This document shows, one piece after another, positions 9,764 through 21,503 of a DNA stretch of 64,000 nt. Source of the stretch: Eledone cirrhosa. Its lineage: Eukaryota. Position 1 is the first letter of the stretch, and the number at the start of each line of letters is the position of its first letter. The notes under the pieces are model-generated. The model searched no databases, was not told the DNA's origin, and was given only the letters and a program-made list of their open reading frames with translations. The position numbers were made by a program, and so were the translations under genes. Where the stretch lies: the NCBI GenBank assembly GCA_964016885.1, contig OZ024741.1:163742001-163806000 (forward strand), written 5' to 3'.

Positions 9764-12700
9764 TTACAGACACATACTCAGAGAAGGCCCATTCATTCGG
9801 GCCATACTTGCTTCTCTCACCCATCTTTCAACAAAATGCTGGGAAGAGAGCACTTCCCTCTCTACCCTGATTTTCCTTTTCAAATGAAATTTGAAAAAGT
9901 TAATCAGGGCATCACCGAAGAGGTAAGTGCTCGTCTTCAGCCCTTTCAAACGTGTCCACCATACTATCTCTTTCGCCATGGCCACCAGACAGATAAAAAC
10001 TGCCTGCCCTTCCCGGCTAAAGGAAGGGGGCGGGGCAATCCTCACGATGGACTCAGCTGATAGCTGGATCCGTCCTACACGTGACAGCAGGTGTTCGACA
10101 TAAACCCACAAGTCAGCAATGCTCGGACACTGGACGAGTGCGTGCAGGACGGTTTCGTCGCCCTGCGCGCATCTCGGACATGCCCGGCTGACGGCACCTC
10201 CATGCCTGTAGAGTTTATCCCGAACTGGCAAAGCTCCTCGGTAGCACTGCCAGGCCAGGGATTTCTGGAAGTTGTCCATAGGCCCCGGCCCGAAAGTCCT
10301 TCCGAGGAGATTGGCTAGTTGATTTTCGTCGACGCCTAGAGTTTCTCCAAGTACGTCGTCGCTTTTGCCCTCCACTAATCCCCTATAGAACGCCAAGGTG
10401 GAGTTTACACCGATCACATTGCCCGATTGGTCGAGGGCTGTGAGCGCCTGAAGACATTCCAGTCTCCAAGCGCTCCCTCTCGGTCTTCGCTTGACCCAGG
10501 ACTGCAGCTCCGTCAAGGAGACGAGCTGGGGAAAAACGCGTCTAGCAAACGGCGACCACACCTGATCACCGTCGAGGAAGAGGTGGAGATGTCGTAGCCT
10601 GAGCGCGTGTCTGCGCATCATCAGCCCTCCACGTAGCGGGTGTTGACAGCAGATGGACCGCCTGACCATCGGAGCGCGTCCCTTCCACAAGAAGCGAAAG
10701 AGCAAACGCTCCAGCGCAGTCAGGCGGGGCTTAGGACAAGGTACGACGGTCAGGCGGTAGTAGATGACGGATGCGATGTACGCATTCGCCACCCCCGCTC
10801 GACCTTTCAGGGATAGCTTCCTCTCGGCCCATTTCTGGGTGAGAGAAGCCACCCTGCTCGTCACCTCGTCCCAGTTTTTGTCCGTCTGGAGGTCTGGACC
10901 GAACCAGACCCCTAGCAATTTAACCGGTCCGTCCGTCCAGCGCCAGACGACGCTGTTGGACGGCATGGACCTGCCTCTCCAGGTGCCGAGCTGCAGGTCC
11001 ACTGACTTTTCCTGGTTGATCATTGCTCCTGTCACCGCTTCGTATTCTCTTAGTGTAGTGCCGATCGCCTCGATGTGTTTGGCGTTCGACACCACTACGG
11101 TAACATCGTCGGCATATGCTGACACGGATCTTCCGCATCCTAGTTCGCGCGGGACCCCCCTCAACGTCTCCAGTTTGTGCAGTAATGGCTCGAGAGTCAA
11201 TACGTACAATAGGGACGAGAGGGGACATCCTTGGCGGACCGAGCGCATGATGTTGAACGGTTCCTAAAGGTGACCGTTCACTCTCACTACAGAGCAGATG
11301 TCGCTGTGCATGGCAGCGATCCAGCCTCTGAAGACGGGCCCAAAGCCAGCCGCCCTCAGGACTGCCGCTAGGTAACGATGGTCGACCCTATCGAAGGCTT
11401 TCGATTGATCTAAATTAATCAAAGACCCACCCTTGCCAGGTTCCCTAGCTACCCTCTCTACGATGTATCGCATGAGGTGGAGGTTGTCGTGGATGGATCT
11501 GTCGGGAATGGCGCATGTCTGAGCCTCTCCCACCAGACCACCAACGACAAGCGCCAACCTCTTTGCTAGCACCTTGGCCAAAATCTTGAACTCTGTGTTT
11601 AGCAGAGTTATGGGCCTAAAATTATCTATGTTATCCCCCTTGTTCAGATCCTTTCTCAGCAGCGCCACCGCTCCTCGGCTCACAGAGCTGGGAATTCTCC
11701 CGTTCTGTTGCCAGTTGCAGTAGACGTCCGCCAAGAGGCCTCCGAACAAGTTTGGCATTTGTACGTAAAGTTCATAGGGCAGACCATCTAAACCAGGCGA
11801 TTTACCCCTTGTGCAACTAGTCATTGCATCCCGTACTTCAGCGGTTGTTATCGGCTTTTCGCAACACTCCGCCTCAGTGGCCGAAAGCCGCGGCAGTCCG
11901 TCGAGGTAGACACTAAAGTTCATCCCTCGATCCGGCCCGCCACTGCCTCCGAACAGTTGAGCGAAGTGTCGCTGAAAAGCTTCACACATTTTCCCGGGAT
12001 CGAGTAGCATGCGCCCGTCGTGGTCCACCAAAGACCGGATCGTGGCTTTGTTGCCACGACGCGCCTCCGCCACTCGGGCCTATTGAACGGCTTTCGTCCC
12101 CTCGTGTCTGAGAGCACGCACCCTAGCTCTGACAACGCAGCCTTCGTGCTTTGCCTTGAAGAATTGGTCAAGGGCCAATTTCGCCGCAAGTACGTCGGTC
12201 GCGATGCCTTTGCTAAGCGCCTCATCTAATTTTCTAACTAGTTCTCCCTCTGCTCTATTTTTCTCTATTGCTAAAGTCTTACTAAACCTAATGGACTCTA
12301 TTCTAATTGCTCTTTTCAGAGCAAACCACCACTTGTTGTTGACGATGGCCCCCGTCAACGCCCGCTTAACTAGTTCGCTAATCCGGTCTCTGTAGGCCTT
12401 GCGCGCTGGTAAGGACGCGTTTAGCGTCCAGTAGCCGGGTCCTCGCCTATGAAGCCTATCTAAGTCAAGCACACAGATCACGAATTTGTGGTCCGTGTAG
12501 CTGACTATCTTGAATTGTGGACAGCTTATGCTAGACCTATCTATTTCCCTACAAAATACTCTATCTAGATATGATCTGGATGACCCTATGCGATTTGTCC
12601 AAGTCCACATTGGCAAATTCGGGAAATCCATTCGGTACCTGTCAGACAGTTCAAAACGTCTGAGCAGGTTGGTGAGACTCTTGCACCCTCCTTCCCTATC

Positions 12701-13168
12701 CACTAATCCCACACAAACCCAGCGTGCATCTAAGATCCCGTTCCAGTCGCCCACTAACACTAAAGAGCGGGACGTTCCAAGAAAGGTCTCCAGACGCTGG
12801 AAGAAATCAGGCCGCCCTGCTCCTGTCCGTGCATAGACGGCCACTAACCTGAAAGCTTGCCCGTCTCCGCTGGTCACGTCCAGCACCACCAACTTAACTT
12901 CTGGGTCCAGGAAGATGGCCCGTATGGCAAGATCCAAACCTCTCCGAAAAAGCACAGCAACTCCTCCCCCCGATCCCGGGCGGCTGGGAGATGCGTACAC
13001 ATCGTAGCCGCCGAAGATTGGTGCGAAGGCCTGTGCTTCGGAGATTCTGGTCTCGCTGATGGCCACTACATCTATGTTTAGTGACCTGAGGTCGTTGAGC
13101 AGGTGGCCCTGCTTCCATGACGACCCCAAGCCACGCGCATTTATGCTGCCTATTCTGAGTGAGGTCAT
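9764..13168 (-). pseudogene. Tx1 ORF2 (APE, RT, zinc knuckle) with two in-frame stops (12080, 11264) and a 15-bp deletion
   Basis: MTSLRIGSINARG, YTDHK, NFRPITLLN, LDQSKAFDRVDH, RQGCPLS, YADDVT, CPRC...H...C. Confidence 0.92.
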
Positions 13169-13202
13169 GTTAAAAAGGAGTGGAAAAGATGGGAAAGACC
13201 AC

Positions 13203-15163
13203 TTACCTTACTTCTCGTAGGGGAAGGACGGTTTTTCCATCCTTTTCACTGCTTGTGGCCCCCTCAGGAAGGATGTCCTTATAAATCCTCCTGGAGAGTG
13301 CTTGTCGGAAGTCTCCGATGTCTTTGGGGAATTTTTGTTTTAGTGTCATGTACGTTTTCTGTGTGATGCGAGTGATTTGTATGTGTGGAGGTGGTGTGAA
13401 TTTTGGGGTTGTTGTGTAGTATTTTTCTGTGATGCTGGTGTTGTGTTGGATGTAGTGTAATAATTGCTTGTTGTTCAATTTAATGCTGTGTAGTGTGTAT
13501 CGTTTTGGTTGTTTTGTTTTGTTTGCGTTTGTTGTGGGTTTGTTTCTGTTTCGCATTTTGGTGACTTTTGTGATGTAGGTGATGGTGGTGTTGGGGTTAA
13601 TGATGGTGATGGTGTTAGTGTTTGGGTTGATGGGGTTGGTGATGCTGGTGTGGATGGTGGCATATCTGTCCTAACTTTTTTGTTTCTTAATTTATTTGTT
13701 TCCCTCTGTATTTTGTTTTTGGAGGGGGAAGGAAGAGAATTTTTTCTTTTTTGGTTTCTTTTTTTTTTCCGGATATCGTTTCCCACTCCTCGTCGTCACA
13801 ATCTGTCTCCAGTTGTGATAGGCCGGGGAGTGGAAAATCCTCCACAGCCGTTAGTTTTGGTTGTGGTGTGGTGGATGGTGTAGGCGCTGGTGCTAGTTCT
13901 GAAGCGTTGGGTGGTGGTGGTGTTGGTTTTGCTACTGTTGCTGGGGTTGTTGCTGTTATAGTTGCTTCTGTTGTTGCTGCTACAGTTGTTGCTGCCATCT
14001 CTGCTACTGGTGGTGTTGATGGTTGTGTCACTGGGGTGGGTAGGAGAGGTGGCCTCAACCTTTTAGCCTGAAGGCTGAAAGCCCTTAGGTGGGTTCCTTC
14101 ACCACAAACGACACACCTAGGTCTTCTGCCCTCGATAATTACCGTGAGGTGGCTGCCGTCAGTGAGGTCTATTACCTCTGGGATCTCCTCAATGCTTTTT
14201 TGGTCCGCTTGGATCAGGAGCTCCATCCCAGATCCGGACCAGTTTTCCTGCTTTTCTTTTGCTACTGCTATTATTTTCGTGTTGGCTTCGATGCCGGCGA
14301 GGACAGCCGCTATTAGCCAGGGAATTTCGATGGCCGGTGGAAGGTGGGTCACCCTGATCTTTACGAGTCTCTGGCCACAATAGCTTGGGACGAGTGTGAA
14401 GTCGTCACTTTTTAATGGGGCCATGGAGTGTTCTCTAGCCTCCTCTGGTGTTTCAAAGAACACATCCACGGTTCCATACTTTTGCCCACGTCTGATGTGG
14501 GTTTTTCTTGCCCACACATGTCCCAAAGCTTTTTGGATTTGGGACTCGGATGCCCGTTCCACTCGGCGCGATTTTACATTTATTGTTCTATACGACACGG
14601 TGCATAGGCACCGATGCTCCATTTTATTAGGTTGGGGGGGGGGGTGAGGCTGACACTGTACCCATCTTTCTTTACCATTTGTTTGGCATTTTCTAAATCC
14701 TCTTGAGTTACCGTGAACGCTTCGAATTGTTTTGCTACGATGGCGAATCTGAGGGTCGGTTTTATAATGTCATTGTTGTTGTTGTTGTTGCTATCGTTAT
14801 TTGTGTTAATCTTAATTTTAGTTTCAGTTGTGGTGGTGGTGACGTCAGTCGTCTTTGGTGGGGAATAGTCCATTTTGCTTGATTTCATTTCGACATCACG
14901 AGTTAATTTTTTTTTTTCTTCTTTTGTTTCTGTTGTCGCGGTGGTGGTGGGGGTGGTGGTTGTCGCGGTGGTGGTGGTGGTGGAGGCAGTCATTGGTAAT
15001 GGTGGGAAATGAATGTCTGCCTGAGACAAATTTAAAATATTGCTACTGCTTATATTTTTTTTGTGTTGGCAAACGTAGTAACATTTACAATGGTGGTGTC
15101 GGTGTGAGGTGTTATTTTGTGAGGAAGGCTTTCAGCTGCTTCGTGCAGAGGGGAATTGGCCAT
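13203..15163 (-). pseudogene. Tx1 ORF1 type 2, frameshifted at homopolymers
   Basis: Pieces 14580-15029, 13687-14622, 13475-13786 and 13203-13556; KTHIRRGQKYGTVDVFF aligns with type 1 KTHITRGNKYATVDVLF; CVVCGEGTHLRAF. Confidence 0.8.
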
Positions 15164-15371
15164 TTTTTTTCAAAGAAATTTTTGGATAATAATAAACGTT
15201 AAAATTTTGGGCACAAGGCCCCAATCTTTTTGGGTGTCCTTTTCGGAAAACAATGTATGTGTGCTTATAAACAGTTAACAATAAAATTTTCCATAAATGG
15301 CAATTTTTAACAAACGGAAATAACAAACCTTTGCGGAGCTCACGATGATACGATTTACTACGTAGGTCGCC

Positions 15372-15410
<39 letters not shown>
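15372..15410. repeat. (AAT)n spacer between Tx1 copies C and B
   Basis: 13 AAT units. Confidence 0.95.
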
Positions 15411-15411
<1 letters not shown>

Positions 15412-15652
15412 TTTTCTTTATTAACCACAAGGGTTTACATAAAGTAGACATTAAGGACAGTACAGGACAATACAGGACGGTACAAATGGGCATTTCTGCG
15501 TGTAAAAAACGGAGGTTGAAATAAAATAACAAAGAAATATTCCCCAATAGGGGGGAGACTTCCGAGGAACATTTGTGGAGAAAGCCCATTAAAAGACCAC
15601 AGTGGCCCTGACCACCAGGACAAGTGCCCTCTCCCAGTTTTCCACCTTTAAT

Positions 15653-18600
15653 TTACAGACACATACTCAGAGAAGGCCCATTCATTCGGGCCATACTTGC
15701 TTCTCTCACCCATCTTTCAACAAAATGATGGGAAGAGAGCACCTCCCTCTCTACCCTGATTTTCCTTTTCAAATGAAATTTGAAAAAGTTAATCAGGGCA
15801 TCACCGAAGAGGTAAGTGCTCGTCTTCAGCCCTTTCAAACGTGTCCACCATACTATCTCTTTCGCCATGGCCACCAGACAGATGAAAACTGCCTGCCCTT
15901 CCCGGCTAAAGGAAGGGGGCGGGACAATCCTCACGATGGACTCAGCTGATAGCTGGATCCGTCCTACACGTGACAGCAGGTGTTCGACATAAACCCACAA
16001 GTCAGCAATGCTCGGACACTGGACGAGTGCGTGCAGGACGGTTTCGTCGCCCTGCGCGCATCTCGGACATGCCCGGCTGACGGCACCTCCATGCCTGTAG
16101 AGTTTATCCCGAACTGGCAAAGCTCCTCGGTAGCACTGCCAGGCCAGGGATTTCTGGAAGTTGTCCATAGGCCCCGGCCCGAAAGTCCTTCCGAAGAGAT
16201 TGGCTAGTTGATTTTCGTCGACGCCTAGAGTTTCTCCAAGTACGTCGTCGCTCTTCCCCTCCACTAATCCCCTATAGAACGCCAAGGTGGAGTTTCCACC
16301 GATCACATTGCCCGATTGGTCGAGGGCTGTGAGCGCTTGAAGACATTCCATTCTCCAAGCGCTCCCTCTCGGTCTTCGCTTGACCCAGGACCGCAGCTCC
16401 GTCAAGGAGACGAGCTGGGAAAAACGCGTCTAGCAAACGGCGACCACACCTGATCACCGTCGAGGAAGAGGTGGAGATGTCGTAGCCTGAGCGCGTGTCT
16501 GCGCATCAACAGCCACGGCATGCCCAGCCCTCCACGTAGCGGGTGTTGACAGCAGATGGACCGCCTGACCATCGGAGCCCGTCCCTTCCACAAGAAGCGA
16601 AAGAGCAAACGCTCCAGCGCAGTCAGGCGGGGCTTAGGACAAGGTACGACGGTCAGGCGGTAGTAGATGACGGATGCGATGTACGCATTCGCCACCTCCG
16701 CTCGACCTTTCAGGGATAGCTTCCTCTCGGCCCATTTCTGGGTGAGAGAAGCCACCCTGCTCGTCACCTCGTCCCAGTTTTTGTCCGTCTGGAGGTCTGG
16801 ACCGAACCAGACCCCTAGCAATTTAACCGGTCCGTCCGTCCAGCGCCAGACGACGCTGTTGGACAGCATGGACCTGCCTCTCCAGGTGCCGAGCTGCAGA
16901 ACCACTGACTTTTTCAGGTTGCTCATTGCTCCTGTCACCGCTTCGTATTCTCTTAGTGTAGTGCCGATCGCCTCGATGTGTGTGGCGTTCGACACCACTA
17001 CGGTGACATCGTCCGCGTATGCTGACACGGATCTTCCGCATCCTAGTTTGCGCGGGACACCCCTCAACGTCTCCAGTTTGTGCAGTAATTGCTCGAGAAT
17101 CAATACGTACAAGAGGGACGAGAGGGGACATCCTTGTCGGACCGAGCGCATGATGTTCAACGATTCCGAAAGGTGACTGTTCACTCTCACCACAGAGCAG
17201 ACATCGCTGTGCATGGCAGCGATCCAGCCTCTGAAGACGGGCCCAAAGCCAGCCCGCCTTAGGACTGCCGCTAGGTAACGATGGTCGACCTTATCGAAAG
17301 CTTTCGACTGATCTAAATTGATCAAAGACCCACCCGTACCAGGTTCCCTAGCTACCCTCTCTGCGATGTATCGCATGAGGTGGACGTTGTTGTGGATGGA
17401 TCTGTCTGGAATGGCGCACGCCTGCACCTCTCCCACCAGACCACCAACCACAACCGCCAACCTCTTTGCTAGCACCTTGGCCAAAATCTTGAACTCTGTG
17501 TTTAGCAGAGTTTTGGGCCTAAAATTATCTATGTTATCCCCCTTGTTCGGATCCTTTCTCAGCAGCGCCACCGCTCCTCGGCTCACAGAGCTGGGAATTC
17601 TACCATTCTGTTGCCAGTTGCAATAGACGTCCGCCAAGAGGCCTCCGAACAAGTCTGGTATTTGTACGTAAATTGTACGCAGACCATCCAAACCAGGCGA
17701 TTTACCCCTTGTGCAGCCAGTCATTGCTTCCCGTACTTCAGTGGCTGTTATCAGCTTTTCGCAACACTCCGCCTCAGTGGCCGAGAGCCGAGGCAGTCCG
17801 TCGAGGTAGACACTAAAGTCCATCCCTCGATCCGGCCCGCCGCTGTCCGCGAACAGTTGAGCGAAGTGTCGCTGAAAAGTTTCACACATTTGCCCGGGAT
17901 CGAGTAGCATGCGTCCGTCGTGGTCCACCAAAGACCGGGTCGTGGCTATGTTGCCACGACGCGCCTCAGCCACTCGGGCCCATTGAACGGCTTTCGTCCC
18001 CTCGTGTCTGAGAGCACGCACCCTAGCTCTGACAACGCAGCCTTCGTGCTTTGCATTGAAGAATTGGTCAAGGGCCAATTTCGCCGCAAGTACTTCTGTC
18101 GCGATGCCTTTGCTAAGCGCCTCGTCTAATTTTTTCACTAATTCTCCCTCTGCTCTATTTTTCTCTATTGTTAAAGCCTTACTAAACCTAATGGACCCTA
18201 TTCTAATTGCTCTTAGGAGAGCAAACCACCACTTGTTGTTGACGATGGCCCCGTCAACGCCCGCTTAACTAGTTTGCTAATCCGGTCTCTGTAGGCCTTG
18301 CGCGCTGGTAAGGATGCGTTTAGCTTCCAGTAGCCGGGTCCTCGTCTATGAAGCCTATCTAAGTCAAGCACACAGATCACGAATTTGTGGTCCGTGTAGC
18401 TGACTATCTTGAATTGTGGACAGCTTATGCTAGACCTATCTATTTCCCTACAAAATACTCTATCTAGATATGATCTGGGTGATCCTATGCGATTTGTCCA
18501 AGTCCACATTGGCAAATTCGGGAAATCCAATCGGTACCTGTCAGAGAGTTCAAAATGCCTGAGCAGGTAGGTTGGTGAGGCTCTTGCACCCTCCTCCCCT

Positions 18601-19071
18601 ATCCGCTAATCCCAAACAGTCCCAGCGTGCATCTAAGATCCCGTTACAGTCGCCCACTAACACTAAAGAGCGGCACGTTCCTAGAAAGGTCTCCAGACGC
18701 CGGAAGAAATCATCCCGCCCTGCTCCTGTCGGGGCATAGACGGCCACTAGTCTGCAAGCTTGCCCTTCTCCGCTGGTCACGTCCAGCACCACCAACTTAC
18801 CTTCTGGGTCCAGGAAGATGGCCCGTATGGCGAGATCCAAACCTCTCTGAAAAAGCACAGCAACTCCTCCCCCCGATCCCGGACGGCTGGGAGATGCGTA
18901 CACATCGTAGCCGCCGAAGATCGGTGCGAAGGCCCGTGCTTCAGAGATTCTGGTCTCGTTGATGGCCACTACATCTATGTTTAGTGACCTGAGGTCGTTG
19001 AGCAGGTGACCCTGCTTCCATGATGACCCCAAGCCATGCGCATTTATGCTGCCTATTCTGAGTAAGGTCAC
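15653..19071 (-). pseudogene. Tx1 ORF2 with several frameshifts; start codon reads GTG
   Basis: Pieces 18550-19071, 18213-18530, 16402-18138 and 15653-16405 carrying APE, RT (YADD) and knuckle motifs. Confidence 0.92.
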
Positions 19072-19105
19072 GTTGAAATGGAGTGGAAAAGATGGGAAAG
19101 ACCAA

Positions 19106-21209
19106 TTACCTTACTTCTTCTCGCAGAGGAAGGATGGTGTCACCATTCCTTTTCACTTGATCGTCTGGTGAAGGGACCGTTGAATCGCCCCTTTGGCTTT
19201 GTCGTCGGCTCTTCTGTGAGTATATCCGAATATACTCTCCGGTTGAGTGTCCCTCCTAGGTCTCTGAAATCACCAACTGCGTTGGGGAATTTCGTTTTAA
19301 TGTTTGTGTATTGTTTCTGTGCTATTTTTACCAGTCTTATGTCCGTTGGTGTTTTGATTGGTGCTGGTATTATGTAGTCGTGCTGTGAAATGTCTGTGTG
19401 TTCAATTATGTAAGTCATTAATTTCTTGTTATGTGTATTTATTGCTGTGCATTTGTTTTACTGGGGGTGGGGTGTAGTTCTGCTATTTTATTGTCGGTGT
19501 TGCTGGGTGTGTGTGTTTTGTTGTTGTGTTTGCGATGTTGGTGCTTGTGGTGGTGGTGTTGAAGGTGTTGTTGTTGTTGGCGGTGGTGTTGTCGCCGGTG
19601 GTGGTGCTAGTGTTTGTGGTGTTGCTGCTGTGAGTCTCTTTGCAGTAGCCTTTACCCTTTTTTCATTTCTTTCCTCCTTTTTCGAAGGCGACGATGCGCT
19701 GCTTCTGCGTTTGTGCCTTCTTGCGACCTTTTGCCATCCCTCTCCCACCACACACTCCATGTCCGATTCTGTGAGGTCGGGGAGGGGTACCAGCTCCACT
19801 CTTTCACTTGTTGTTGTTGGTGATGTTTGCAGTGGAGTCTCTGTTGCAGCTGCAGTTGGTATTGCTGTTGTTGTTGTTAATACTTCCACTGCTCCTGCTG
19901 TTCTTGATTTCCGTGGCGTGGGTATGTGTGCCACGGACGTATCCTTCCTGGTTGCCGCCTGTCCTTTTGCTGGTGGCCGTGGAGCCGGTTTCGGAAGGAG
20001 GGGGGTTTTCTCCTTTCTCAGGGTGTTCTCATTGCAGAAGGCCCTGAGGTGAGTCTTCGATCCAAAGCGAAAGCATTTCGGGCGTTTGCCCTCAACACTT
20101 ATGGGCAGTTGAGTGCCGTTATCGAAGTCTATCACATCCGGGATAGCTTCGATGCACTCCTGGTTTGTTTGGATTCTCAATGGAGGTGCCGACCCAATCT
20201 TCTCGTACTTTTTTCTGTACTTGCAGTACAGTTGTTTTGTCCTCGATTCCGACGAGGACAGACGCGGCCAGCCAAGAAGGGGCCACCGGGGGGGGGGGGG
20301 TCATTTTGACCCTCACAATTTTTTGTCCGCAGTAGGAGGCCACCAACACCATTTCCTCGCTCCTTAGGGTCACTAAGGATTGAGCGTTTGCCTCCTGGGG
20401 TGTGGAAAAAAGCACGTCTACGGTGGCATATTTCTTGCTCCGGGTGATATGCGTTTTCCGCTGTCACACAGACCCTAAGGCTTTTTTATTTGAGCCTCTG
20501 TGGCCCTTTCAATCCTACGGGATTTTGTGCTTGCTATACGGTACGTGACCGTACAGTGCTGTTGGGTTTCGAAAAAATGTTCGGCTGCCTTGCAGATTGC
20601 TCGGTGTCCAGTTTTCATCATCATCTTCTTTGCTTCCTGTAATTCCTCATTTGTTATAAATATGGTTTCCAGGTTCTTTGTGATACCTGCAAACGAGATT
20701 GGTTTTTCTTTGCCTCTGTTGTTGTTGTTGTTGTTGTTGTCGTCAGAGCTGCTGTCACTTTTGTTGTTTCTGCCGGTACTACGACTACTGCCGACGCCGC
20801 TGTTGCTGTGGTTGTTGTTGTTGTTGCTGCTGATGCTGTTGTTGTTTATGCTGCTGCTGATGCTTTTGCGGCTGCTACTGTTGTTTTCCTTGTCACTGTT
20901 GCTGCTGCTGCTGTTATTACGGCTGCTACTGCTATTATTCATGACGTCAGACGAATGAAATGGGTTTTCGTATTTACCGCACACCTTTTTCGTCGTTGTC
21001 GTCGTCGTGGAGAAACGTTCCACGTTTTGCACGTGATTTTGGAAACTATTTTTCTTTACTGGCGTCGCTTGCGAAAGAGAAGGGAGGGAGAGAGGCACAT
21101 TTAGAGAAGGGAGGGAGAGAGACAATCTTCTCTCTGGTGTAGTGACGATTGAGGAAGAAGAAGACAGAATGAGTGGGAGTGACTTGTGAAAATTATTTTT
21201 TGTAGCCAT
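19106..21209 (-). pseudogene. Tx1 ORF1 type 1, disrupted
   Basis: MATKNNFHKSLP start; pieces 20475-21242, 20119-20415, 19488-20180 and 19140-19418 match copy A. Confidence 0.82.
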
Positions 21210-21424
21210 GTTTTTTTTTGGTTTAAAATAAATATTGGGCACAACACCCCAATAAGCGGTTATTTAACCATGAAGGGCCAAATAACGGGCAGAAAGACCC
21301 CTCTCACGAGGAGGAGGGTGTTTTTGTCTACAATTTGATTAAAGTTTTAAACAATTTACAATTGTTATAGCGGTTAAAATTTACTATACCTTACAGAGCC
21401 GAGCCTCCGTCAACCATGCCATTC

Positions 21425-21500
<76 letters not shown>

Positions 21501-21503
21501 TAA
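21425..21503. repeat. (AAT)n spacer between the Tx1 B head and Dong family 2
   Basis: Direct reading. Confidence 0.95.

Larger units (their letters stand above)
9519..15371 (-). mobile_element. Tx1-clade retrotransposon copy C, full length, 5'UTR/ORF1 type 2
   Basis: Same 3' end and ORF2 as copies A and B; different 5' end (GGCGACCTACGTAGTAAATCG); AAT tracts on both sides. Confidence 0.92.
15411..21424 (-). mobile_element. Tx1-clade retrotransposon copy B, full length (about 6.0 kb), 5'UTR/ORF1 type 1
   Basis: Complete 5'UTR-ORF1-ORF2-3'UTR with AATAAA near the 3' end; AAT tracts on both sides. Confidence 0.93.

Noticed and set aside
13196-13212. AG|GTAAGT splice donor at the end of ORF1
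   Set aside because: It coincides with the TAA stop and is not conserved in copy A (CGATAAGT).
15200-15222. GGCCTTGTGCCCAAAA in the copy C 5'UTR resembling the SINE tail
   Set aside because: The match is about 15 nt with no flanking similarity; not distinguishable from chance.
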